A stretch of 64,000 bases of DNA from contig CBDCCI010000002.1 in assembly GCA_965214705.1 (NCBI GenBank), positions 192,001 to 256,000 on the forward strand. Direction: 5' to 3'. The position numbers and the translations under genes were made by a program. Below the pieces are notes generated by a model that saw only the letters and a list, made by a program, of their open reading frames with translations, was not told the origin of the DNA and searched no databases. Source of the DNA: Alphaproteobacteria bacterium (GTDB lineage Bacteria > Pseudomonadota > Alphaproteobacteria > UBA828). Positions 12,431 to 21,422 of the stretch are shown piece after piece. The first letter of the stretch is position 1. Each line of letters begins with the position of its first letter.

Positions 12431-13078
12431 TCAACCCTCCATCAGCACGTCGTGGGCAAGGTGGTCGGCGACCCGATCGAGACCCTCGCCGGTGCGGCAA
12501 TTGGTGAGCAGCACGGGCCGGCCGCTCCGCACCTCTTCCGCCTCCTTGCGCATCAGCGCGAGATCGACGCCCACGTGCGGCGCGAGGTCGGACTTGTTGA
12601 TGATCAGCAGGTCGGCTCGGATGATCCCCGGCCCCCGCTTGCGCGGGATGTCGCCCCCGCCCGAGACGTCGATCACGAAGAGCCAGTAATCCACCAGGTC
12701 GAGGGAGAAGGTGGAGGCGAGATTGTCGCCGCCGCTCTCGATCAGGATCAGGTCGAGGGGGCGGAGCTGGTCTTCCAGCAGGTCGGCGGCCTCGATGTTG
12801 AGCGTCGGGTCCTCGCGGATCACGGTGTGCGGGCAGGCGCCGGCCTCGACGCCCACCACCCGCTCCGGCGAGATCAGGCCGCTGCGCTGCAACCGCTCGG
12901 CATCCTCCTGCGTCACCAGGTCGTTGGTGACGATGGCCATGGAGGTGCCGCGCGCCGCGAAGAGCGGCAGCAGCCCCTCGATCAGCGCGGTCTTGCCCGA
13001 GCCCACCGGCCCACCGATGCCGACCCGCGCCGCGCTCGCCGCCGCCGCTGCCCCGGCCAGGCCTTGCGCTGTCTCCAT
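12431..13078 (-). CDS. ureG: Urease accessory GTPase UreG
   Basis: GPVGSGKT P-loop, GACPHT Ni motif, [19 protein letters not shown]. Confidence 0.92.
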   Translation of the reverse strand: METAQGLAGAAAAASAARVGIGGPVGSGKTALIEGLLPLFAARGTSMAIVTNDLVTQEDAERLQRSGLISPERVVGVEAGACPHTVIREDPTLNIEAADLLEDQLRPLDLILIESGGDNLASTFSLDLVDYWLFVIDVSGGGDIPRKRGPGIIRADLLIINKSDLAPHVGVDLALMRKEAEEVRSGRPVLLTNCRTGEGLDRVADHLAHDVLMEG

Positions 13079-13083
13079 CGCCA

Positions 13084-13539
13084 CTACGCGTCCTGCTCCT
13101 CGATGATGCGGGCCCGGCCGTCGGCGAGATGCTGGGCGAGCCGCGCGATATAGGTCTCGCGCGGTCCGTCCAGCGCCACCTTGAGGACTTCGCCCTCGAA
13201 CCGCACCCGCCAGTGCAGATTGCCGCAGAAATAGCCGAGGTCCAGCGCCGCCGCCAGGTCGCGGGGGCCGAGCGCGAGCCACACGGTCTCGCGCATGCGG
13301 ACCACGACGGCGCGGTCGTCCTCCAGCAGGAGCACCGCACCGTTGGCGAGGCGGTCGGAGCGCGCGATGGCCACCGCGCAATCGGTGCCCTTGTCGGTCG
13401 CGACCCGGAGCCGCTTGCGCGCCGTATCGGCCGCATCCAGCGTGATGGTCTCGACCCGGCCGTCGTGCTCAAGCACATGCAGCCGCTCGGCGATCGCCGG
13501 GTCGGTCGCGTTGCCGAGAATCTGGGTGAGCCGCAGCAT
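13084..13539 (-). CDS. ureE: Urease accessory protein UreE (short, no His tail)
   Basis: [11 protein letters not shown] and [10 protein letters not shown] (GNxH metal motif). Confidence 0.85.
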   Translation of the reverse strand: MLRLTQILGNATDPAIAERLHVLEHDGRVETITLDAADTARKRLRVATDKGTDCAVAIARSDRLANGAVLLLEDDRAVVVRMRETVWLALGPRDLAAALDLGYFCGNLHWRVRFEGEVLKVALDGPRETYIARLAQHLADGRARIIEEQDA

Positions 13540-13663
13540 GGCGGGCAGCTTACGGCGATCGGAAGCGCTGGCAAGGGAGGGCGCGGCCAGCACGCCGCGT
13601 GTCGATTGAAGGGCGGCCGGGCCTTCGGCATCATGCGCCACGGGCGCCACGCGGAGGAGACTG

Positions 13664-15295
13664 ATGCGCGCGACGATGATGGACTACCCGCTCACCCTCA
13701 CGCAGTACCTGGAGCGGGCCGGCACGCTGCTCAAGGACAGCGAGATCGTCACCCGCCTGCCGGACAAGTCGCTGCACCGCTACCGTTACGGCGACTTCCA
13801 CCGGCGCGCGCGCCAACTCGCCTCCGCGCTCAAGAGAGCGGGGCTGGAGCGGGGCGACCCGGTGGGCACCATGATGTGGAACAACTACCCGCACGAGGAG
13901 TGCTACTTCGGCGTCCCCGCCGCAGGCTGCGTGCTGCACACGCTCAACTTCCGGCTGCACCCGAACGACATCGCCTACATCGCGAACCACGCCGGCGACC
14001 GCTTCGTGATCGTGGACGACGTGCTCCTGCCGCTGTTCGAGAAGGTCCGGCCCGAAATCGCGCCGGAGCGTGTGTTCGTGGTGGCGCTCTCGGGCCAGCC
14101 GGTGCCGGAGGGCTACGAGAACTACGAGGACCTGCTGGCGTCGGGTGATCCCGACGACGACCTGCCTGCCCTCGACGAGCGCGACGCCTGCGGCGTCTGC
14201 TACACCTCCGGCACCACGGGGCGGCCCAAGGGCGTCGTCTACTCGCACCGGGCCATGGTGCTCCACACCATGGCGATGTGCATGACCGAGCCTTTCGGCG
14301 TCAGCCAGCACGACACCATCATGCCGGTGGTGCCGATGTTCCACGCCAACGGCTGGGGCCTGCCCTACGGCGCCGTCGCAACCGGCGCCCGCGTGGTGCT
14401 GCCGGGACCCCATCTCGATCCGGTGAGTCTGCTCGATCTCTGCGAGGCCGAGCGGGTCACATTCGCCGCCGGCGTGCCGACGATCTGGAACGGAATCCTA
14501 CAGGCGCTCGATGCCGAGCCCGAGCGCTGGTCCCTCGACCCGCGGCTCCGCACTGCAGTCGGCGGCTCGGCGGCGAGCGAGGCGATGATCCGCGGCTTCG
14601 ACCGTCACGGCGTCCGCACCATCCACGCCTGGGGCATGACCGAGATGACACCGCTCGGCAGCGCCGGGGTCATCAAGGCGACCATGGGAGAGCTCGGCGA
14701 GGACGCCCAGTACGACTACCGGGCGAAGCAGGGGATCGCCATGCCCTTCGTCGACATGCGGTTGATCAACGATGCCGGCACCGCGCCCTGGGACGGCGAG
14801 ACCATGGGCGAGGTGCAGGTGCGCGGGCCCTGGATCGCCGCCGCCTACCACGAGCCCGGCGAGCTCGGCGACAAGTGGACCGACGACGGCTGGCTGCGCA
14901 CCGGCGACGTCGCCACCATCGACTCCGAGGGCTACATGAAGATCACCGACCGCACCAAGGACCTGATCAAGTCCGGCGGCGAGTGGATCAGCTCGGTCGA
15001 TCTGGAGAACGCGCTCATGGGCCATCCGGCCGTGAGCGAGGCCGCGGTGATCGCGGCGCGGCACGAGAAGTGGGACGAGCGCCCGCTCGCCGTCATCGTC
15101 CTGAAGGAGGGGGCCGAGGCGGACGCGGACGCGCTCCAGAGCCACCTCGCTGCTGACTTTGCCAAGTGGTGGCTGCCGGACGACTACGTGTTCGTGGACG
15201 AGATTCCGCGCACGTCCACCGGCAAGTTCCTCAAGTCGGCCCTGCGCGAGCGCTACGAGGGGCTGTTGGTCAGCGGGGGCGGTAGCGGGAGTTAG
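13664..15295 (+). CDS. Medium/long-chain acyl-CoA ligase (DmdB/AlkK-like)
   Basis: [14 protein letters not shown]-binding, [24 protein letters not shown]. Confidence 0.92.
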   Translation: MRATMMDYPLTLTQYLERAGTLLKDSEIVTRLPDKSLHRYRYGDFHRRARQLASALKRAGLERGDPVGTMMWNNYPHEECYFGVPAAGCVLHTLNFRLHPNDIAYIANHAGDRFVIVDDVLLPLFEKVRPEIAPERVFVVALSGQPVPEGYENYEDLLASGDPDDDLPALDERDACGVCYTSGTTGRPKGVVYSHRAMVLHTMAMCMTEPFGVSQHDTIMPVVPMFHANGWGLPYGAVATGARVVLPGPHLDPVSLLDLCEAERVTFAAGVPTIWNGILQALDAEPERWSLDPRLRTAVGGSAASEAMIRGFDRHGVRTIHAWGMTEMTPLGSAGVIKATMGELGEDAQYDYRAKQGIAMPFVDMRLINDAGTAPWDGETMGEVQVRGPWIAAAYHEPGELGDKWTDDGWLRTGDVATIDSEGYMKITDRTKDLIKSGGEWISSVDLENALMGHPAVSEAAVIAARHEKWDERPLAVIVLKEGAEADADALQSHLAADFAKWWLPDDYVFVDEIPRTSTGKFLKSALRERYEGLLVSGGGSGS

Positions 15296-17043
15296 CCGCT
15301 CTTGCCGCAGGGGCCGGCGGTGCGGCGGGCTGCGGTCGCGGCCTCGTCCACCTGAAGCGGGTCGCCGCTGAGAACCACGCCGAAGCGCTGCTCCGCCTCG
15401 TCCGCCGTGTAGTAGCCCCGCAGCACGTCCTGCAGCACCAGCGCCGGCTCGCGCTCGAACGCCGCGCCGTAGCCGCCGCCGCCCGGCGTCGAGACCCGCA
15501 CGGTATCGCCGGGACGAAGCGGGATCTCCTGGTCCTTGGAGAGATGCGGCGGCTTGTAACTTGAGCCGTCAGCGCGGATCACGTCCACGGTGTTGACGCC
15601 GCCGGGCGCCCCGCCGAGTGCGCCGTTGGGCCCGGTGCGGCCGTGGTCCATCACCATCGAGGCCGAGGCCGCGCCTCGCCGGAGGGTGCAGGCGTAGGTG
15701 ACGCCGAAGCCGCCGCGCCAGCGGCCGGCGCCGCCCGAGCCCTCGTGCAGCGAATACTCCTGGAACAGCACCGGGTACTTCTGCTCCATCACCTCGATCG
15801 GCTGCATCTTGGAGATGCCGATGGTGGAGCAGCCGTTGGTGAGCCCGTCGCCCTCGGGCGAGCCGCCGTAGCCGCCGCCGGTGAAGAGGTACATTACGTA
15901 ATCCCGGCCACGCGCGGGGTCGCCGCCGCCCACGGCGAAGTTGCCCGAGGTGCCGGCGGGCGCGGCGAAGAGGCGATCCGGAATCGCCTGGGCCAGCGCA
16001 TCGAACACGGCCTCGGCGATACGCTGGCTCACCTCCGCCGCGCAGCCCGAGACCGGGCGTGGGTATTCGGCGTGGAGGAAGGTGCCCCTGGGCTCGGTGA
16101 TGTGTAGCGGCTCGAACATGCCGGCGTTGATCGGCACGTCGGGGAAGATGTGGCGGATCGCGAGGTAGATCGCGGACTTGGTGGTGGCCGCCACGCTGTT
16201 CATCGGTCCGGCGCAGGGCGGGCTGGAGTTCGCCATGTCGAAGTGAAGCTCGGTGCCGTCCACGCGAATGCGCATGTCGATGGTGAGCGGCTCGTTCACC
16301 ACGCCGTCGGAATCGACCGTGGCTAGGCCGCGATAGTGGCCGTCCGGGATGGTCTCGATCTTGGCCCGCATCTGCCGCGCGGCGCGCTGGCGCATCTCGC
16401 GGATCACGTCCTCGATCAGGGGCTGGCCGTACTTGTCGAGCAACGCGGTCATCCGCCGGGCGCCCACCAGCAGCGCCGCCGACTGCGCCTCGATGTCGCC
16501 GATGCGCTGCTCGGGCACGCGGATGTTGGAGAGGATGATGGAGAGGATCTCCTCGTCGATCGTCCCCTCCTTGTAGAGCTTGACCGGCGGGAAGCGCAGG
16601 CCCTCCTGCACCACCTCGGTGGCGCGCGCCGAGAAGCCGCCCGGCACCATGCCGCCGGTGTCCGGCCAGTGGCCCGTGTTCGAGAGCCAGGCGAAGTGCG
16701 CGCCCTTGTAGAAGAAGGGGAGCGCGAAGCGCACGTCCATCAGGTGGGTGCCGCCGAGGTAGGGGTCGTTGATAGCGAAGATGTCGCCCTCGCGCACCGT
16801 GGGCCTGGTGGCGATCAGGTGCTCGGTGGAGAACTGCATGGTGCCGACGAAGACCGGCAAGCCGAGCTCGCCTTGCGCGATCAGCTTGCCGTCCTCCTTG
16901 GCGTAGATGCCGTCCGAACGGTCCATCCCTTCGGAGATGACCGGGCTGAAGGCAGAGCGGACGAAGGCGAGGTCCATCTCGTTGCAGACCTGCTGCAGGC
17001 CGCTCTGCACCACGCCGAGGGTGATGGGGTCGAGCGCGCTCAT
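15292..17043 (-). CDS. Hydantoinase B/oxoprolinase family protein
   Basis: RSAFSPVI, NDPYLGGTHLMD, HWPDTGG, SGGAGRWRGG, TPGGGGYG. Confidence 0.92.
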   Translation of the reverse strand: MSALDPITLGVVQSGLQQVCNEMDLAFVRSAFSPVISEGMDRSDGIYAKEDGKLIAQGELGLPVFVGTMQFSTEHLIATRPTVREGDIFAINDPYLGGTHLMDVRFALPFFYKGAHFAWLSNTGHWPDTGGMVPGGFSARATEVVQEGLRFPPVKLYKEGTIDEEILSIILSNIRVPEQRIGDIEAQSAALLVGARRMTALLDKYGQPLIEDVIREMRQRAARQMRAKIETIPDGHYRGLATVDSDGVVNEPLTIDMRIRVDGTELHFDMANSSPPCAGPMNSVAATTKSAIYLAIRHIFPDVPINAGMFEPLHITEPRGTFLHAEYPRPVSGCAAEVSQRIAEAVFDALAQAIPDRLFAAPAGTSGNFAVGGGDPARGRDYVMYLFTGGGYGGSPEGDGLTNGCSTIGISKMQPIEVMEQKYPVLFQEYSLHEGSGGAGRWRGGFGVTYACTLRRGAASASMVMDHGRTGPNGALGGAPGGVNTVDVIRADGSSYKPPHLSKDQEIPLRPGDTVRVSTPGGGGYGAAFEREPALVLQDVLRGYYTADEAEQRFGVVLSGDPLQVDEAATAARRTAGPCGKSG

Positions 17044-19079
17044 TCGCCCACGTCCAGGATCAGGTTGCCGATGGCATCGAGGGAGGCCCGGTTGCCGGGC
17101 TCGACCACGCTGGTGCAGTCGGTCTGTTGCACGATCGCAGGGCCGGGGAAGGACGCGCCCGCCGGCAGCCGGTCACGGTCGTAGACCGGAGTCGCCTGCC
17201 AGCCGTCGGGGAACCAGACGCGGCGCGTGGCGATCAGGGCGCCGTCGAGAGACGAGGCCCGCGACTGGCCGCCGAGTGCGGCGAGCGGTACCGCCGGTCT
17301 GGCACCGATCGCGGCAGTGTGGAGATTGACCAGAACTGCCGGGATCGTGTCGAGGGCGACCGCGAAGCGCTCCCAGTACGCCTTCTCGAACGCCTGCTGG
17401 AGTTCGTCCCGCGTCACGCCGGGGCTCTCGATGGGCACGGTGAGCAGGTGGGTCTGGCCCTCGAACTGCATGTCGGCGGCGTGGAGGCAGGCGATCTCGC
17501 CGACTGCGACGCCCTCCTGCTCGGTGGTAGAGCGCCCCTGCACCGCCTGGCGTTCGAGGATCGCGCGTACCGCGTCCATGTCCGCCTCGGCCAGCGGCGC
17601 GTTCACCGTGTTCACGTAGTCGTGGCGCAGATCGGCGGTGATGCAGCCGACGGCGCTGGTGATCCCCGGCCGCGCCGGGATCATCACGCGCGGGATGCCG
17701 AGCTCGGCGGCGAGCGCCGCGGCGTGCATGGGGCCGGCGCCGCCGAAGGCGAGGAGCACGAAGTCGCGCGGGTCGTGGCCGCGCGCAAGCGTCGCCATGC
17801 GGATCGCGCCAGCCATGCGGTCGTTGGCGATGCGGATCACCGCCGCCGCCGCCGCGTCCGCATCGAGGCCGAGAGGCACGCCGACGGCCTGCGCGAACGC
17901 CGTCCGCACGTCGCCCGGCGCGACCGGGTTCTCGACCGCGAGCAGAGCGTCAGGATCGAGCCGGCCGAGAATCAGGTTGGCGTCGGTGAGCGTCGGCCGC
18001 TCTCCGCCCCGGCCATAGCAGATCGGGCCCGGCTGGGCGCCCGCGCTCTCCGGCCCCACCTGGAGCAGCCCGGCCTCGTCGATCCGCGCGAGCGAGCCGC
18101 CGCCCGCGCCCACGGTGTGCACGTCCACCATGGGGACGTGGATCGGCATGCCGTGCTCAAGCTCCATCTCGGCGCTGACCGCCGGCACGCCCTCCAGCAC
18201 CAGGCCCACGTCGGCGCTGGTGCCGCCGGTGTCGAAGGTAATCAGGCGCTCCGCGCCGGAGGCGCGGCCGATGGCGGCGGCGGCCATGACGCCGGACGCC
18301 GGGCCCGAAAGCACGGTGTTGACCGCCTTCGCCGCCGCCGAGCGGGCCGAGACGCTGCCGCCGTTGCCCTGGATCACCAGTAGCTCGCGCTTGTAGCCGC
18401 GACCTGCGAGCTGCTCTCTCAAGCGGTCGAGATAGCGGTGCAGCAGCGGCTGGACGGAGGCGTTCACCGCCGCCGCAACGCCCCGCTCGAACTCGCGGAA
18501 CTCGGCGAGGATCGCGTGCCCTGCCGTGACATGGCCCTCCGGCCAGCACTCGCGGGCGATAGCCAATGCGCGCTCCTCGTGCGCGGGGTTCTTGTAGCTG
18601 TGCAGGAAGTGGATCACGAGCGCATCGCAGCCGGCAGCGCGCAGGCGCTCCAGCGCGGCGCGCACAGCCTCTTCGTCCAGCGGCACCAGCACCTCGCCGG
18701 CGGCGTCCATGCGCTCCGGCACCTCGATGCGGAGCTCGCGCGGGATCAGCGGCGTGAAGCTGCCGGTGAGGCCGTAGGGCCGGGGCCGCGTGCGCCGGCC
18801 GAGCTCCAGGATGTCGCGGAAGCCCCTGGTGGTGATCAGCCCCGTGCGGCTGAGCTTGCGTTCCAGCAGCGCGTTGGTGGTGACCGTGGTGCCGTGGATG
18901 ATGGCCCCGACATCGGCGAGGGACGCGGCCGCGCCGTCCAGCGCCGCGAGCACGCCTGCCGCCTGGTTCGCGGGCGTGGACGGCACCTTGGCGAGCCTGA
19001 CAGCGCCGGACTCAGGCTCCATCAGGATCAGGTCAGTGAAGGTTCCGCCGACATCGACGCCGACGACCGCGCCGCTCAT
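17040..19079 (-). CDS. Hydantoinase A/oxoprolinase family protein (ATP-binding)
   Basis: GVDVGGTFTD, HGTTVTTNA, SGPASG, DTGGTSAD, GAGGGS, GPESAGA. Confidence 0.92.
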   Translation of the reverse strand: MSGAVVGVDVGGTFTDLILMEPESGAVRLAKVPSTPANQAAGVLAALDGAAASLADVGAIIHGTTVTTNALLERKLSRTGLITTRGFRDILELGRRTRPRPYGLTGSFTPLIPRELRIEVPERMDAAGEVLVPLDEEAVRAALERLRAAGCDALVIHFLHSYKNPAHEERALAIARECWPEGHVTAGHAILAEFREFERGVAAAVNASVQPLLHRYLDRLREQLAGRGYKRELLVIQGNGGSVSARSAAAKAVNTVLSGPASGVMAAAAIGRASGAERLITFDTGGTSADVGLVLEGVPAVSAEMELEHGMPIHVPMVDVHTVGAGGGSLARIDEAGLLQVGPESAGAQPGPICYGRGGERPTLTDANLILGRLDPDALLAVENPVAPGDVRTAFAQAVGVPLGLDADAAAAAVIRIANDRMAGAIRMATLARGHDPRDFVLLAFGGAGPMHAAALAAELGIPRVMIPARPGITSAVGCITADLRHDYVNTVNAPLAEADMDAVRAILERQAVQGRSTTEQEGVAVGEIACLHAADMQFEGQTHLLTVPIESPGVTRDELQQAFEKAYWERFAVALDTIPAVLVNLHTAAIGARPAVPLAALGGQSRASSLDGALIATRRVWFPDGWQATPVYDRDRLPAGASFPGPAIVQQTDCTSVVEPGNRASLDAIGNLILDVGE

Positions 19080-19086
19080 GGTGTGC

Positions 19087-19950
19087 TCATGCGGCAGCGG
19101 CGCCGGCGGCTTCCACCGGCGCGAGGGCGCGGGTCTCGCCCTGCAGCGCGAGGCGGGTGGAGTCGATCAGGCCTGCCCGCTGCATCGCCCGTGCCTCCGC
19201 GAGCCCGGCGTCGAGAGCCGCGGCCTTCGCGTGTGCGGGCAGCGGACCCACCGCGACGGTGACAAGCCGTTCGCCCAGGTCGCTTTCCTCGCAGAGCGCC
19301 GCCGCCGGCGCGCGCTCGATGGCGGGATGGTCCACGGTGACGGCGTTGGCGATCAGCGTCGCGGCGGCGTCCGCCATGGCAGCGCTCCCGGCCAGCACCG
19401 TGACCGCATCGGCGATGCCGAACGAGAGCGAGCGCCCGCGCCAGCCCGAGGTCGCCATGCCCCGCGCGGGCCGGTCGGCGCTGAGGACAATGCGGTCGTC
19501 GAGACCCGGTCGGTCGGGATCGTTCACCACCCCGGCCGCGACCGATGTGCCGGGGCTGAGATAAACCGCGATGTCGCCGCCGTTGTTGACGTAGGCGCGC
19601 GTGAGCCCGCGCCCCGCCGTCATGGCCGCCAGCACCTCGTCGGCGACGGAGCCTGCCACCGCCGCCATCGGCGTGATGAAGCGCGCCCGGTGCGGCCAGC
19701 AGGCAGCGAGCATGCGCCGCGCCACAGGGCCTTCCAACGCTGGCCGGATTTGGCCAAGGGGACGCCGCAGCAGTGCAAGCTCGGCCACAAGGTCGTCGAG
19801 AACGGTCGCGAAGCAGGCGCCGGTCTGGCGGTAGGCGGTATCCACCTCCGTCCTCTCGCCGAAGGCCTCGGCCACGATGTCGATGGGGCCGTGCTGCAGA
19901 TGCAGCCGGCGGCCGTCGGGCAGCATCGCCATGCGAGCTTCGCCGGCCAT
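19087..19950 (-). CDS. UPF0280 family (ApbE-superfamily) protein
   Basis: RLHLQHGPID, TPMAAVAG, NNGGDIA, TSGWRGRSLSFGIAD; start overlaps upstream stop (TGATG). Confidence 0.87.
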   Translation of the reverse strand: MAGEARMAMLPDGRRLHLQHGPIDIVAEAFGERTEVDTAYRQTGACFATVLDDLVAELALLRRPLGQIRPALEGPVARRMLAACWPHRARFITPMAAVAGSVADEVLAAMTAGRGLTRAYVNNGGDIAVYLSPGTSVAAGVVNDPDRPGLDDRIVLSADRPARGMATSGWRGRSLSFGIADAVTVLAGSAAMADAAATLIANAVTVDHPAIERAPAAALCEESDLGERLVTVAVGPLPAHAKAAALDAGLAEARAMQRAGLIDSTRLALQGETRALAPVEAAGAAAA

Positions 19951-21422
19951 CAGCGTTTCCCTTCCCGCAGCGGCCAGGGATTGGCGGGGGGCCACGGCTC
20001 CGCCCTGTGCTCGGCGTCGTCCAGCGCCTGCTCCAGGGGCACGACGCGATCCACGTGGCCGCCGAGGGCCGCGAACTCCGCGCGGCTCAGCGTGAATTCG
20101 ATGGGCGCCACCAGGGCCGGAGTCGGCACGTAGCCGAAGGCGTCCGCCGGCATGCTGGTCACGTCCACCATGAAGGTGATGCCGCCGCCGGGCCAGACAT
20201 GCACCGGCGCCCCGCCGGCGGTAACGCGGGTGAGCGCGTCCTTGATCGAGCGGGTGAGGCGCACCGGGTTCTCGGTCACGCCTGCGCGCAAGCTGCCGCC
20301 CGCGCCTGCCATGAAGAGCACGGTGCAGAGCGCGGGCTCGCAGTTCTCCGAGATCCGGTCCACCATGGTCTCGATCTCGGCAGGCATGGGGGCGGGGCGG
20401 GGCGTCAGCGTCTCATCCAGCTCGAACCAGGCGGCGTCCTCGCCGGTGGTCGAGACCATGTGGAGCCGGAGTCCGGGCCAGGCCTTCTTCGGGTCGATCC
20501 GCTCGATGATCTCCAGCGGGTCGGCGATGTCGGTAGCGGCCCAGCCGCGCCCCTTGCGCGCCACCTGGAAGTAGCGCCCCGGCGTCGAGCGCCGGCCCCG
20601 GATGCGGATGCCGGCGGGCGGCATGTCGAGGAAGCGCCCGGCTTGGTGCTCGGTGAGCACGCCGGTGATCTGGTCGTCCACCACGATCACTTCGTCGGCG
20701 TGGCCGTGCCACTGGCGCGCGAACATGCCCATGGCGGCCGAGCCGCAGCCGGCCCGCATGCGCTCCTCGTGCTGGCCGTCCACCACCGGCGCGGCACCCG
20801 CCTGCACCACCAGCTCCGCGCCGCCGTCCACGGTGAGGGTGGCGGGCTTGCCGTTGCAGAGGTCGAGCAGGGTGCTGCAGGTGACCGTGCCCTCGCGCTT
20901 GGAGCCGCCGGTGAAGTGCCGCACGCCGCCGAGGGAGAGCATCTGCGAGCCGTATTCGGCCGTGGTGACGTGGCCGATGGGCTCGCCGTCGGCCCGCACC
21001 GAGGCCTGCTCGGGGCCCACGTGGCGGTCGGTGTCGATCTTCACCTTGACGCCGCAGTAGCTGAAGATCCCTTCCGAGACGACGGTCACCATGTCCACGC
21101 CCGCCGCCTCGCTCGCGATGATGAAGGGCGCGGGCTTGTAGTCGGGATAGGTGGTGCCGGAGCCGACGCCGGTGACGAAGCGCTCCGGCTGCGCGACCAT
21201 GCCACCGTCCCAGTCCTCGGCGCCGTCGAGGAAGGGCACCAGGGTCTCGGCGCGCTCGGTCACCAGCAGCGGGTCGACGCGGGTGAGGGTGCCGCCCTCG
21301 TTGGCGTAGCGATCGCAGGCGCCGACCTTGCCCTCGCGGATCCGGCACAGCACCGGGCAGGCGTCGCAGCGGATGATCGAGCCTTCGTCCTTTGACCGGC
21401 GCTTGGCTTTCGGCTCGCTCAC
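19950..21422 (-). CDS. hnr: 6-hydroxynicotinate reductase-like Fe-S flavoprotein
   Basis: GTG start overlapping upstream stop; RCDACPVLC..GACDRY, TTYPDYKPAPFI, MRAGCGSA, VWPGGGIT motifs; 490 aa. Confidence 0.8.
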   Translation of the reverse strand: MSEPKAKRRSKDEGSIIRCDACPVLCRIREGKVGACDRYANEGGTLTRVDPLLVTERAETLVPFLDGAEDWDGGMVAQPERFVTGVGSGTTYPDYKPAPFIIASEAAGVDMVTVVSEGIFSYCGVKVKIDTDRHVGPEQASVRADGEPIGHVTTAEYGSQMLSLGGVRHFTGGSKREGTVTCSTLLDLCNGKPATLTVDGGAELVVQAGAAPVVDGQHEERMRAGCGSAAMGMFARQWHGHADEVIVVDDQITGVLTEHQAGRFLDMPPAGIRIRGRRSTPGRYFQVARKGRGWAATDIADPLEIIERIDPKKAWPGLRLHMVSTTGEDAAWFELDETLTPRPAPMPAEIETMVDRISENCEPALCTVLFMAGAGGSLRAGVTENPVRLTRSIKDALTRVTAGGAPVHVWPGGGITFMVDVTSMPADAFGYVPTPALVAPIEFTLSRAEFAALGGHVDRVVPLEQALDDAEHRAEPWPPANPWPLREGKR

